Below, piece after piece: positions 11,391 to 24,259 of a DNA stretch of 64,000 nt (position 1 is its first letter; each line of letters opens with the position of its first letter). Source of the stretch: Adineta vaga (lineage: Eukaryota > Animalia > Rotifera); contig CP075497.1 of assembly GCA_021613535.1 (NCBI GenBank), positions 930,001-994,000 on the forward strand, read 5' to 3'. Both the position numbers and the translations under genes were made by a program. Under the pieces are notes generated by a model that saw only the letters and a program-made list of their open reading frames with translations, ran no database searches and was not told the origin of the DNA.

Positions 11391-12763
11391 ACAAATCTTA
11401 TTTTATCATCAATTAGAATATCATGAAACTGTTGCATGTCAATATTTAAGTGAACGATGTATTCAATTAGTTCTTCGTTCAAAACTTGTTGAACATCAAT
11501 AAACAGTAGGATACTGTATATCTTGTTCAATTAAATCTACAATTTATGAAGAATATTTGAAAAAATCAATTTAGAAAAACATCTGTCTGCGTGTTACCAA
11601 TAAAGAATCGATTAGTTGAATATAAACATATCTTCTGATAGAAATATGGAAAAAGATATTCTAGATAATCGAAGAAGTGTACCTAATAGGACATTGATAT
11701 ATTTATGAATGAATGGTTAAAGTTCGGTATCATCAATTCATTTGAACAAGCGGAAAAGTAGAATTGTGATTATTGCTCTTATTTATTAATTGTGGTGTTA
11801 AAATTTTATTTCTCGAACTGGTCGAAAATTCTGTATATCATGCGTGCGATTCTTATGGGTGGTATAGGATTAATTATAGGAAGTATTTTCAATATCTATA
11901 TTCATTTCTCTAAATGAATTAAAACATATAAATATTTTGGATAAATTTCTATGATTTTTCATTTTACAATATTTAGTTTTCTTCTTGGCTGCTCACTTAA
12001 AATACCATTAAATAAGTGTTTAGAATAGTATCCGCGTTGGAATGCAAAATTTACTAGACATAATTTTCAGTTGTCTTAGTCTATTTATAATGAAATTGAT
12101 TTTATTATTAATTCGCTCATATTCTACATTTACACCAAAGTATTTGATTATTTTTATTAATTATCAATTCATAAAAGCAGCTTCTAGACGCAATCTAAAA
12201 CGAATGAATTATTGTCAAGAAAATTGAAAAGTGATTAACATTATTCTCTTTCTTTATGTTATATAAATTCAGAAAGATTAATCTTAAAGAAAACAGTGAA
12301 TTGTTTAACTAATAAATGTTTTGAGTTGATTGTGGATCTTTTTTCGGAAGAAAATCATGATTCCCTAAATGATTCGACTCTTATTGTAGAGTTTGAGATA
12401 CCTTCCAGTTACACAATAAATGAAGATGAGTCACAGAAACAATCATAGAGTCAAAATATTTCGAACATAAAACAGAAGAATATGTTGTTTATGATTATGG
12501 ATTTAAAGTTCACAACGTTGTAAAGTAATAGTCGGGTTTTAACTTTAGTCAAAAGTATTATTTTGTGATCTTTCTTATAAATAACGCTATAGTCGAGGCG
12601 ATTCAGTTAATCTTCAATTGCTTTGACTTTTACTACTATTTCGGATAAGTAATGGTTTTTATTCTTGTTCAAAATAGAAAAAGAAACCGCATAAAAGATG
12701 AATATTTCTAGTTTATTCAATTTCAGGTACATAGATATCTTCTTCGATTCACAAACTTTAATT

Positions 12764-15700
12764 TTAATTATCTCTCTTTTGAAATTGATTCCATACTTCC
12801 GTCGAAATATAGTTTTCATGGAGATACAAATGTTGAAGTGTCTAAATAGAAATATAAAAATAAAAATGATAAATATGAATAGAAATTATATGATATACCG
12901 AATTGCTCATGAGAGCATTGATAAGATATTGTGCTTCTTGATCTGCAATTTGATTATTTTCAAGGCCAAGTGTAATCAATGTCTGTATATACATAAATGA
13001 AAATTATTATCTAAATGATAATTAAAAACAACAAATTACTTTGTTATTTTTTAAACTATTAGCGAGATCTTGTATGCCTTGTCTTCCAATTGTATTTGTA
13101 CCAAGATTGAGTGTAGTGAGTGTCTGAACAGAAAAGTTAGAGATGCATACACAAAATGTTGAATAAAAAAAGCATTATTTACTGTATTATTTTGTAAAGC
13201 ATGACCGAAATATTGTGCTCCTCGATCTCCAATTGAATTATTTCCAAGGTGCAATTCTTTTAACGTTTGTAATGAATTTATTGTATTGTTATGTAAAAGA
13301 TTAGTTAGATATTGTGCACCTTCATGTCCAATTTGATTTTGCCAAAGCCATAATTTTGTTAGTGTCTAAACGAAAAAGTGAATAAGCATAATATGGCAAG
13401 AATTTAAAAAGTAAAAATGAAATTCACTTTGTTATTTTGTAAAGCATGAACAAGATCCTTTACCCCTTGATTACCAAGTTGAATTCCACCAAGATTAAGT
13501 TCAACGAGTGTCTGGATGGACATATTTAGATATTAATAAGAATAAAATACATAGTGAATGAAGTTTACTGTGTTAATGTATAAAGCCTTGAGCAAATGTT
13601 GCATCTTTTGATGACTAATTGGGTGTAAATGGAGATCGAGTATAGTAGGTGTCTAGAAAACAAATTTCATCACCATACACACATTATCAATAAAAGGTAT
13701 TCGATAGATGTTCATGTATACCTTATCAGATGTTGAATCAAGCATTTTATAGAGTGGTCTCTGAGTCAAATGATAGGCGTTGTCTGTCCATAATGTTTCA
13801 AGTCGAGCAAAATTTCTAACACGAAAAAAGTCAATGGGTGTAGTATATAGCCAAATCTCATCTTGTTCTAAGACGTAAGCACCGACTACAAACCGTTGTT
13901 TTTTATCAAGCCAGAAAGATGATCGAAATGAAGCAGTAAGAAGTTTAATATTAATCGAATCATCATTGCTGCTATAAGTATGAAAGAAAATAAATTCGAA
14001 TTTTCGTAGCTCGGATAGTTTAATCGAAATGAGTTTTCCCCAATGAGTAGCATCGAAAAAAGAATCAAACACTTTTCTATGAGAAGCTAATCTGAGTTGG
14101 CGAAGTGATGGTGTTAGAGCAAGTAGTAATTCCAAATGATTTGATAAAAGTGAACAGCGAGTCATAGTTAATGATTCAAGTACTGTAGTGAATGTAGTGT
14201 TTGAAGTTGATAAACCTTGTATCTCAACTTCATTAGTGATCAAATCACTTATGGAGAATGTTCGCAAATTAGGCAATTGTTGAAGAATGAGACGATACGC
14301 GCTACAAGTACAGTCATCAATTGCTAAGTGTTCTAATTTCCATTGATTTGGCCATGTTACATATTCCCACTCGATTTCTACATTACTCAAAGACAGTTTC
14401 CGAAGATTGTATTGACTGAATGTTGATGAAACAATCTCCCATGTTCTCTCATTTGTTTTTGCAGTTGAATCGAATGAAAATGACACTAAACAATTAATAT
14501 TTAAAACATTTTCTGCTAAATATTGCAATGGCATATGAGACATTCCACAAAAAGTAAGCGAACAAAGTCGAGTAAATTGAAGATTATTAAAGAGTGAATA
14601 AAATGAATGGATCTGAGTATTTCGCATGTACACAAAGTCATCCCTATCGATAATAGTCAATGAAACGACTCTCTCAGGTAGAATAAGACGAAAAGCCGAC
14701 TCTACAGTAGACGGGGATGTTGAATTGAAAGTGAGCTTGAATCGATTGTAGGTATCAGCACAAGCATACATTTGTTTGCAGACACAACGAGTTGAAAAAA
14801 TTGTTTTGAAATTGCAATAGTCGAAGATATGATGAACTATTTCAACAGGTAGAGCAAGAAGAGATGTGTTGATCATCGATTCGGTCCTATTCTGTAGAAT
14901 TTAAAAGCAGTTATACGATGTATCTTTCTTATTATAAAATAATTCGAATTAAAATTCAACTCATACTTCTAAGATTGTGTCATCAAGCTTTTGTCGTTTC
15001 CTTCTCTCCATTGTATCTTCAATTGTCGATAATTCTTGCTCATAGTCATCATGCATGTTAATGCTGTGTGAGAGTCTACGATGATGATTCGCAAGTACTA
15101 TTGGATTTGACCAACTCGCTGACTCTTCTACCGAAAACAAATTTACAGATGCTGTGAAGAAAGGAATACTTCTATATATACCTGTCAATACGGTTGAAAA
15201 TACAGTTGTATGCCATTGAGTAACATATAATATGCCATCAGTTGTCGTGTACAATGTGAATGCCAGTTGCGATCTGTCGAGCTGGAATTTATGAATGAGT
15301 TCTTTCGGTGATATTGGTCTATAATACGACATATGAGAATTGTGTAATGCGTCCTTGACAGACGAGAAAGGAACCAATGGTTGCAATTTTCTTAGTTCAT
15401 TCTGTTTAGCTTTCAATAAAACCAAATATACTCTAAAGTTGATGCGAAATTAATTACTATTTGTAATCAAACAAAGATGTTTTCTTACTTCATGAATCCA
15501 TTGCTATCAGTCTCGATATCGCACACGATCGGATTACTATCCGGAATGTCCGGTGACCAAGTGCTTACTTGGAAACGATACGGCATGATATATCGTCGTC
15601 CAGTACTATCTGGAAGTGTAACCCAATGAACTTGAACTCTTCCTTGAATGTTTGATGTCATCTAAATACAAATATAAACGATGAGATAAAAATCTATCTC

Positions 15701-16043
15701 TTATGTTCAAGACTCCGCTGAAAGCTAGAAAGTTGACTGATGGTATATGGTACATATTGCTGTTTCGATGTTGTGACGACAGTTAATGAATGCTTTTTAA
15801 TTCGGTTGATATATTCGAACTTACTTTCAACGTCACATAATGGTTGCCCACACGATCAGCCACATAGCGCGGCTTTCGAATGCGCCCGTTTTGACTAAAA
15901 TAGTCTGATTTATAACGTGGTCGATATATTTCTTCAAGATCGTTAACAATTTCAAGTTTGATTGAGTTTTGAATTAGATCCGTTGTATCAGTACCAACAG
16001 AACGTGTGCAACGAAAGTTATCGTCTTGGCATTGTGATTGCAT
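12764..16043 (-). CDS. Multi-exon fusion: putative Rel-homology-like domain + F-box + LRR + NLRC3/RNI-like LRR exons
   Basis: Phase-consistent introns link exons 16043-15824, 15661-15490, 15432-14967, 14894-13702 and several 28-aa-unit LRR exons (TLVELNLGGIQLGNQGVKDLVHALQNNK etc.). F-box: SLLALPVEIVHHIFDY...TRCVCKQM. The RHD call is by-eye inference. Confidence 0.75.
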
Positions 16044-17265
16044 TTTGAAATCTATCGACTATTGATTAGCAATGCTCCTTGTGTAAATTCTACGGAAAAA
16101 AATGAGAAAAATGATGCTTTCGAAACTCGTTTATCACAGTGGGTTTTTTCTTTTTTTCGTTTTGCACGTCATCATTTGCTCAGTAAAAATATAATTTTTC
16201 TTGGTTGCGTTCTTATTTCTATTCGAGTAAGCACCAATGGTATACAGAATAAGATAAAGAACAAACAAATTAGTCACATTAATGTGACTTTCTTCTCTTC
16301 ACATCTGACGGAAGAACGAATAAACACTATCAACGATTTGTTGAAAACTTCACACGTTGATATGGTGTGGATAAATATGGTCTTTTGATCCTCACAGTTC
16401 TCAGATACATTTCTTTTCTTCCATATGAAATTTTTTCTCTTCGATATATATTTGATGTAGTTAGATAATTGAATGAGATCAACTGAATTATAATTCATAT
16501 AGAGAAAAAACACATAATACGAAAAATAAATTTTGTATTGAACGTTCGAAATGAAACTTGTTTGATATTTTAAGATATAAGTGAATACGATTTAACTTCA
16601 TTTCTTTCCTTTATACTCACTGATAGACGATATTATAAAAAAGGACACAGAGAAATGACAAATATTGTTCGTTTTTTTTTATTCAAAACATAGTAAAAAA
16701 ATCCGATTGAATCATTTTTCTTTCCATAAACTTGAAGTTTTACCTTTTAACCAAAGGCGCATTATCGTATTATGGACCATATTGACTCTAAAACACCCTT
16801 GTTTTCTCTATGTGATGTCTTTTCACATGTCAATACTATTATGGACACATACGAAAGATATCAGGTATATTACAATCGAAACAAAGACATATCATAACTG
16901 GATGGTTTATTTTTGTTTCAAAATACGATACTCTTCGACACAATCTTTCATGATATTATTAAGAATAGAAACAAAAAAAAAAGCAATGACTCATTTTAAT
17001 TCGTGACTTTATTTTTGATATTTTCTTTCGCTTCAGTTTTAATGTATTAAAATCTTCTCTCTTGCACCTGATCGATTAATTTCATATAGAATCTGACTGA
17101 TAGAGCTCAGAATATTAGAATATTTTCTTTGTTATCAGTTTTTTTTAACAACAGCTCATAATACTATCGAATTGTATGTTCGGAGATAATGATTAAAAAT
17201 AATTCTATTCTAATTTCAACTAGAAATTGACGAATTTAAAATTCTGTTCTTGTGATAACAGAACC

Positions 17266-18025
17266 AATGAAGTTGATCATTACGTCACTCGTTTAAAAGA
17301 AAATTCGGTAAGAATTTTTTTTCTTTGATTTTAACTACTTCGCATTACAGAAGCGTTAATTGCATAATAGGGTAAAACGTATTTTATATTTGTGATTAAT
17401 TATACATTTACACTTTATTTGTTATAAATCAAGATACTCACAAGACTATAGTCATATCAGGAAACAAAACTGGTGACCAAGGAGCGATGTATTTAGCAGA
17501 AGCATTGTTATTTAATAAGGTTTGTCTATTGTTTCAATTCCATATCTCAACTATATGCAATAATATTATTTCTAATAGACCCTTAGAAATATAGGGCTTG
17601 TAAATGACAATAATCGGTTATGAAGGGGTAAAACATCTAGCTGAAGTATTATTATTAAATAATGTAATAAAATAAGCTATTTAATTATTTCTAAAATATT
17701 CAATGTTTTTATTTATAATAGACATTACTCAAGTTAGATATATCTGCAAATAATATTAACGATGATGGAATATACCATCTCGCAGAGGCATTAAAAGTGA
17801 ATACAGTAAGATTAGATATATGCATCTATTGTATATATTTTAACTATTGTCAATCATCATAGACACTTCAAGTATTAGATATTTCTTGTAATAAATTCAG
17901 TGCTGACACAAGATCATATCTTCGTGAAGCATTGCAAATCAATCAAGTAAGATGTTATTTTCAGTTATTTCTCACATAATCTATATTGCTCAATATTCTA
18001 GGTGGTCAAATTGAATGGTATTTGA
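17266..18025 (+). pseudogene. NLRC3/RNI-like LRR exon array, frameshifted
   Basis: Exons GNKTGDQGAMYLAEALLFNK, IGYEGVKHLAEVLLLN and TLLKLDISANNINDDGIYHLAEALKVNT, with frameshifts in the first exons. Confidence 0.7.
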
Positions 18026-18228
18026 TCAAATGCCCAATCACAACATCCAAGTAGAATATGAGTGTGACTTCATTTTTTTACAAACTCTAATCAATGATTT
18101 TATTCTTGATATTGAAATTTAATCTTTGTTTGGAAAAAAAATTCCTAAATATACATGAATAGAAAGATAAAATTTCAGATAATCATCTCGACGATGTGGA
18201 TGAATAAGGCGATGATCAATATATGACG

Positions 18229-18627
18229 TTATGATATTACACAACTCCATGTGTTCTTAGCATCGTCCGTGATATCGACAGAAAAATCCCATAAATGATG
18301 AATAACTCGTCGTGCTGCCTCTAATCCGCCATCGATGTAAATTGCTCCGATTAGGGATTCTACAAAATTATCATATCTTAAAAATAATTTCCGTTCTACA
18401 CCTTGTGCAAAATCAATATGTTGTTCAATCTTTATTTTCTTTGCTATTTCAAGTTGTTTTCGGGATTCTGCCAGTTTACGACGATTATCGGTTAAATGAC
18501 CTGGTTCATAGTGTGGATAAGTACGATAAAGATGTTCGCTAACAACAAGACTAAGAACGCTATCACCAAGAAATTCTAATCGTTGATAATTGGCTTTATT
18601 TCGATCATTTACTCGATGAGATAAACA
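18229..18627 (-). CDS. Stand-alone RNase III catalytic domain ending in CaaX (CVIS); 5' start not resolved, possibly a pseudogene
   Basis: Open frame CLSHRVNDRNKANYQRLEFLGDSVLSLVVSEHLYRTYPHYEPGHLT...YDNFVESLIGAIYIDGGLEAARRVIHHLW...WSCVIS*. There is an in-frame TGA at 18630-18628 and no start codon, so the ORF track missed it. Confidence 0.8.
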   Translation of the reverse strand, partial: CLSHRVNDRNKANYQRLEFLGDSVLSLVVSEHLYRTYPHYEPGHLTDNRRKLAESRKQLEIAKKIKIEQHIDFAQGVERKLFLRYDNFVESLIGAIYIDGGLEAARRVIHHLWDFSVDITDDAKNTWSCVIS

Positions 18628-19394
18628 TCAAACACTTGATATAGTATTTGAATATGTTGTATATAAGATGTCCAAAAACTACTGGGAAAAAATGATTCTT
18701 ATCGTTATTTTTGTTTTATTTGTCTTGCATATCTTTTGTTTTATATAAATAAGAATGATAATAAAGCAAAAAATACAGACAAAAAACAACACTTTCTATC
18801 AAAAGACTAATTAAAAACGTTATTTTGTTTCGAAAAAAAGAAGACGTGGCAAATCTCAAATTATAACTAGTTTTGAACAAATGCCTGCGTCTGATTTCTG
18901 CTTTTTCACTAGAAATCTACAGAACTGTTTGGTGTGGACATCTTTAGAAATCTATTTCTATTGAAAATTTTGAAAAATTCTTCTGTAACATCAGCAGATA
19001 CTGACATCACTTATACTTTGATCCAAATGTGCAGAAGAATTCATATATTAGTTAAATAGTCGCCACACGAATCTTTTGATCGACTTTCTCATAATAAACT
19101 TTTATTTTGATTTTTCACTTGATTCTGGTAGTTTTCATTCGTACTCATTATTCGGTTTAATCAAAAAAGACATATCCCATGAAAAGAATTTACCAACCAT
19201 CATGAAATCAGAGCCAATGAATATAAATTTGATAATACTTTCCATATTGAGATGTAATTTACAAGATATAAGGAATAAATTTCTAACTTCTTTCAAGTCA
19301 AAAAATTTGAAAATTCGAAATTTTGAAAATTTATGATATACTATCTTGAAAATTTGTATTAGTTTCATACTTGCTACCCCATGCCATATTCATT

Positions 19395-19461
19395 TCTTGA
19401 GGATGTGAGTTTATGGGAATGAGCCTGCCCTTAGCTCACGCCCACACCCGCACCCTCAAGA
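19395..19461. repeat. TIE copy 8
   Basis: tcttgaggatgtgagtttatggg...ctcacgcccacacccgcaccctcaaga. Confidence 0.8.
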
Positions 19462-21411
19462 TGCACGCAATTCCGATTCTAGAATTGGTATTGGGATTAG
19501 TTGGAATCGGATTTAGTACATCTCTATTTCTGACTGATTTCTTTTGCTTCACTAATTGGTAGACGCGGCTGAACACGATTAGTTAGTATTATATTAACGT
19601 ATCGTTCCGTTTTTTTCTCTCGTGATAGCAACGTCTGTTAGTAACATTTTTCTCTTTCTTTGAGAAAAGTAGACGATGGTTTGCTCCTTTTTTTACAGAG
19701 AAAAAGAAAGTAAAACAGACGAAGGGACTAATAGCTTTCATATTGCATGTTTCACTGCATTTATTCTTCGTTATTATTCTACACTGATTTTTCCCTGACA
19801 CACGGTATCGAATAATTCAACTATTCTTGGTCGTCGCATAGTGTATCAAAGTGAGTGAATATTTCGTTAGTATATGCACATTGTTTCAAAAGACTTAATC
19901 GTAGACTAATTTTCTATAATATATATATCGTTAATAAACTGGTTCTTTCCAAATTTCCCCGGAGTATACAGTAGCGCTTCTTTAGCACATCTAAGTTCTT
20001 CAGTTCCAGCCTGAAAGGAGTGTTGAAGTATAGGGCAGAAAATTTGGACCCCCACAGACCGCGAGCGATATAGTATCAAAGACTGTAATGGGCATTGGAT
20101 TACACAAAATATAAATATAAAACTTTAAGCTTAGCAGATTTATTATTTAAATGTCAACAGCTATATTGTGTTTCACATTTTAATCCTGCAGGGATTGCGC
20201 TAACAACTTGTTTTATATATGGTGCAGAGAGTTATCAACAAGTAATTTCAATTGCCAGAAACGTTCATAAGAAATTTCAAATTGTCTTCTTCACATTTTA
20301 AGAGTTTTCTGGTAGTACCAGTTATAAGTCAATCTACATATCCCACTATGAAGGACACAGAAAATCTGCTAAATTGAGATCATTGAATTTTGTTTAGTTT
20401 ATAATATGTTGCAAAGGGAAGATTCTTTTATGAATTTTTGCTCAAGCCACTTTAAAAATTATAGAATTGTTCATTTTTTTAAGCGTTTAATGGAAGAAAT
20501 GTACTAAAGATCCACTTTTAAGGGTCCTATTTTTTATACGACAGTTGCAGAATTCAGAATTTGATATGCTTCCCATCAAGAATCTTCTCGGTTGGTAAAT
20601 TCATTGTTAGACGTTTTCATAAATTGCTAACAAAAACTACCGCTTCTATGTTTATTAAAACGGCTTCTGTCAAATTGATAAAACTCTTCATTCCACAGGA
20701 CGTTATAAACTGAAGTGGATGTGAAGGCTTTGATCGAGGTGGCTTTCTAGGTTCTTAGCAGTGGTTGAATGGGATTATTCACAGAGAGTACGCCCATGTA
20801 ATTCTTAAAAATTTGCAGATGCTATCATCAAGAAACTCTGGAAAAGCTATTCTTATAAACATTGTATCTTTGCCTCACGATCTTAACAATAAAAATGTGC
20901 TACTTATACTCAGTTTATTATGAGGACTCGAATATTACCATTTTCATCCTAACTAAACTAGTCAGATGAGGAAAATAAGTCGGTTCCAGAACTTTTCCCT
21001 CTTCTTGGTTGTATATTTGATACTATTTTGTTAGGACTAAAGAGCAATAATTCATGTGCCTGGTAGAATATCAAAACCTGCTCAATAACAGTACTAGTCA
21101 AATACTTAAAGCCAAATTTTACTGAAACATAAAGCAATGAGAAACTATTTTCGACTGTCCCAGAACTTTCTATCAGGGCTGTAGTTTTGAGTATCGCATC
21201 AAGAATGTGTTCTAGAAAATGTGTCGAACGGTTGTTTAGATGTGACATGAATAATACAACATAGGACTTTTTATGCTACATTCTTCAAGAGAATGTTAAT
21301 TACTTCATCTTTTATTATTATTGTTATTAGGGTCATAGCTAAATAGACAAGAGGATTACGGATAAAGAACTCAATCAAGAAATCAAATATCAATTTTATA
21401 CGCATTTACTA

Positions 21412-22845
21412 ATGGAAAAGAAGCGTATTTTCCTTATCATCATTTTACATTTGCTAATAGCGAGTTATATATTTTCCAGAACTACTTATAGTATGGTCGT
21501 GCAATATTTCGCAACTACTTCGTCAAGTTGGCAACGTCATCCACAATCTCTCTCACACAATCGTGTTCCCGTGCCCTGTATTGAACCACATTGTAGTATA
21601 GAATGCTCGAATATTTACGAAATAAATGACAAAAACGGAATTATTGACAGTGAATTGTTAACAAAAGTGCAAAAGGAACATCTTTTAATTGACATGGGTC
21701 ACGACAGTGTAGTTCAGAAACTAATAAGTTTCATTCCACCATATAAACTTTGCCCTTATCGTCAACAAACTAGATGGCCCTTTAAAAGAAGCGCAAACGA
21801 AACTATCAAACTATACCCAATAGTATTTGGGTTTATTGATCACTTTATGCCAAATACTATATCACGTCAAGTGTTAATTAACGGAACAGTATTATCAGTA
21901 AATCAAACTTGTTTACCGAAGAAAACAAAGGACTTCAGCGAGCTGATACCGGGAAAGATTCAAACATACAAATTTCGTTTCGAAAATGAGTTAGACTATC
22001 GTCGATTGTATAGTACAGCATACTATGCGGTAACAATGAAAAAAGGAGGCTGGGATTGTAATCGTCATTATGAAATTATATCATCAGGCACAATGCCTTT
22101 TTTCGATAAATTGAATGAAGCAGGTGATCATACATTATCTTTCTTACCAAAATCGATTTTATACGCGGCTCAAGCCATTCCAGGAGTAAATCGTGACAAT
22201 TTGAGTATCGATCATAAATTATTCGATCTCAATCAGTACAATCTTCTACTACATCGATTATTATACTATGCTAAACATCGATTGACAACTGTAAAACTTG
22301 TCGAATATGTTTTGAAGACAATCAACTATCCACTTAACTATACTAAAGATCATTCCGTTTTGTTCATATCTCGTTACCCAGTTGACTATCTGAAAGACTT
22401 CATGTTACACGGTCTTACACATATATTCGAAGAAAATCTACATGTCTTTCAGGCCCCACGTTATATGTATCAATATCCAATATCTAAAATGTGGACTCTC
22501 GAAGAGACCACGGATTTTTACAAAGAACAGTTGTACGGAATGGGATATGGTTTCAAGTTGACTCTCAACAATTACGCTCATCTATATGACAGAGATAAAA
22601 AGGAACTTCCTAGTCTAGCGATCGTAGAAAACAATATCAGATCTAAAAAATATTCACTTATTGTATACGGATCGATAAATCGTGAACATTCTGCATTTTT
22701 TGTGGCGAAAGAACATTATGAACCATCTAGAATAGTGGCTTTAGACGGCGACGATGAGCTGAAAGATGTTCTTCGGTCAGAATATGCAAAACATGCGACC
22801 TATTTTCTTCGGGAAATACCAGATAATTGCAATTTAATTTTGTAA
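21412..22845 (+). CDS. Intronless type II membrane glycosyltransferase-like protein
   Basis: N-terminal signal anchor RIFLIIILHLLIASYIF. Motif YRRLYSTAYYAVTMKKGGWDCNRHYEIISSGTMPFF resembles the GT-B/exostosin-like nucleotide-sugar binding segment. Confidence 0.7.
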   Translation: MEKKRIFLIIILHLLIASYIFSRTTYSMVVQYFATTSSSWQRHPQSLSHNRVPVPCIEPHCSIECSNIYEINDKNGIIDSELLTKVQKEHLLIDMGHDSVVQKLISFIPPYKLCPYRQQTRWPFKRSANETIKLYPIVFGFIDHFMPNTISRQVLINGTVLSVNQTCLPKKTKDFSELIPGKIQTYKFRFENELDYRRLYSTAYYAVTMKKGGWDCNRHYEIISSGTMPFFDKLNEAGDHTLSFLPKSILYAAQAIPGVNRDNLSIDHKLFDLNQYNLLLHRLLYYAKHRLTTVKLVEYVLKTINYPLNYTKDHSVLFISRYPVDYLKDFMLHGLTHIFEENLHVFQAPRYMYQYPISKMWTLEETTDFYKEQLYGMGYGFKLTLNNYAHLYDRDKKELPSLAIVENNIRSKKYSLIVYGSINREHSAFFVAKEHYEPSRIVALDGDDELKDVLRSEYAKHATYFLREIPDNCNLIL

Positions 22846-23141
22846 CTCGTTACTGAATATTATAAAAATGCTATCTTTATAAATGGCAATTCATTGAATG
22901 GATGAAATATATCTAAATGTTATCGCTGTGTATTTGATACCTTTTGAAAAATGTGTAACTACATTTAGGAAATAAAGTTATTTATGAGATATTGCACCTA
23001 AGTCACGACTGACTTTGCTGATATTTTCACGGTAGGTAGGCCTAACAAAGTTAAGAAGAAGCTAAAAATTTCAGTTCAAACGGATTAACCGTTCTGGAGA
23101 TATAGATATTACAAGTATGAATACAGAGTTGGAAAAAATAG

Positions 23142-23200
23142 TGAGGGTGAGTGAGAATGTGGGTGAAGAATAGAGTATTAGCCACCCACAACCACAAGAT
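23142..23200. repeat. TIE copy 9
   Basis: tgagggtgagtgagaatgtgggtga...gccacccacaaccacaagat. Confidence 0.7.
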
Positions 23201-23445
23201 GGTGAAGTTCAAAAGTCATCTTCATCAGCAGTTACACCAGCGAATACAACATTCAATCCGATATTTGTTAAAATCCTAAGCAAAAACACTCCACAAAAAG
23301 TACTAATTGATACAGGATCGGCCATCACAATAATTCATAAACGCATACTATACAAGATCCCATACAAACAATTTATACCGCGAACAAAAAATCATGTATA
23401 AGCAAGTTGCTCAGCAGCGAACGTCAAAGTTAATGGAATTACATG
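23198..23445 (+). mobile_element. LTR-retrotransposon aspartic protease (retropepsin) relic
   Basis: NPIFVKILSKNTPQKVLIDTGSAITIIHKRIL contains the retropepsin LIDTGS catalytic motif. In-frame stop downstream. Confidence 0.7.
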
Positions 23446-23779
23446 ATATTTTTTCTATTGTGTGCTAATAAATTTTCCTTAAATTTTGAAACTTTCGATG
23501 TTCACCGATCTCGTCATGAAGAAGAGCAACAAAATATATATATATATATATATACTATAATGTCTTCATCATGAATTCAGAAACTCATATAACTAAAACA
23601 TCAGATATATATCAATAAAATAGAAGTAACTTGTAAGAGTCTTCACAAATGAGACATGTTGACTATAGCAATTTAAAACTGAGACGAACTAAAACACAAA
23701 CTTGAGTTTCTATGTAATAAAATATCCGTAGACGGTCGCTGAGATTGAGAGTGTGAAAGATTCGTTTTGTCGTAAACTT

Positions 23780-24028
23780 TCATTATTAACACTTCTGTTT
23801 ATAGACATTTGTGTTGTTTTCATTGTTGATATTTTGATTTTTGACGTTATCAAGGGAAATCATGTCAGAAGTGAATTGATATCGATGATAATTATCGACA
23901 ATGTTGTTGAGACGTTAATAGACATCTCGAATCGAACATATAAGTTAGGAATAACTGATATGATCCAATATCCGATAGACAAGATATATCGGTAATGTAA
24001 TGAAAGAAGCGTTGCTTTTAATGAACAT
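23780..24028 (-). pseudogene. F-box relic
   Basis: ASFITLPIYLVYRILDHISYS*LICSIRDVY*RLNNIVDNYHRYQ, a paralog of the F-box at ~14860 with stops. Confidence 0.65.
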
Positions 24029-24259
24029 AACTGAAGATTGTTGAAATATGTTTAGAAAATGATAAAGCCTTGTTTTCTTTTTTAAATAGGTCATTATTTA
24101 AGATGTGTCATACATTTTATGTGATGCCGTAAATTTTAATTATAAGAAAGAAAAACATTAGATAATATTAGCGACATTGTTGTGTCTTCTAAAAATCTTT
24201 ATTATGAATAAAAAACAATACAATTTAGATTTGTAACTTGTAAAATAGACAAAAGTTCA

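Noticed and set aside
11305-11502. ORFs containing RVWVWVWV or PTPTP (also 25994-26215, 27919-28131, 30699-30911)
   Set aside because: These are translations of TIE repeats, not proteins.
18312-18542. 76-aa plus-strand ORF
   Set aside because: Antisense shadow of the RNase III domain.
19950-21260. Possible decayed transposon or gene, including ORF 20958-21248
   Set aside because: Looks like eroded coding DNA, but no recognisable motif was found.
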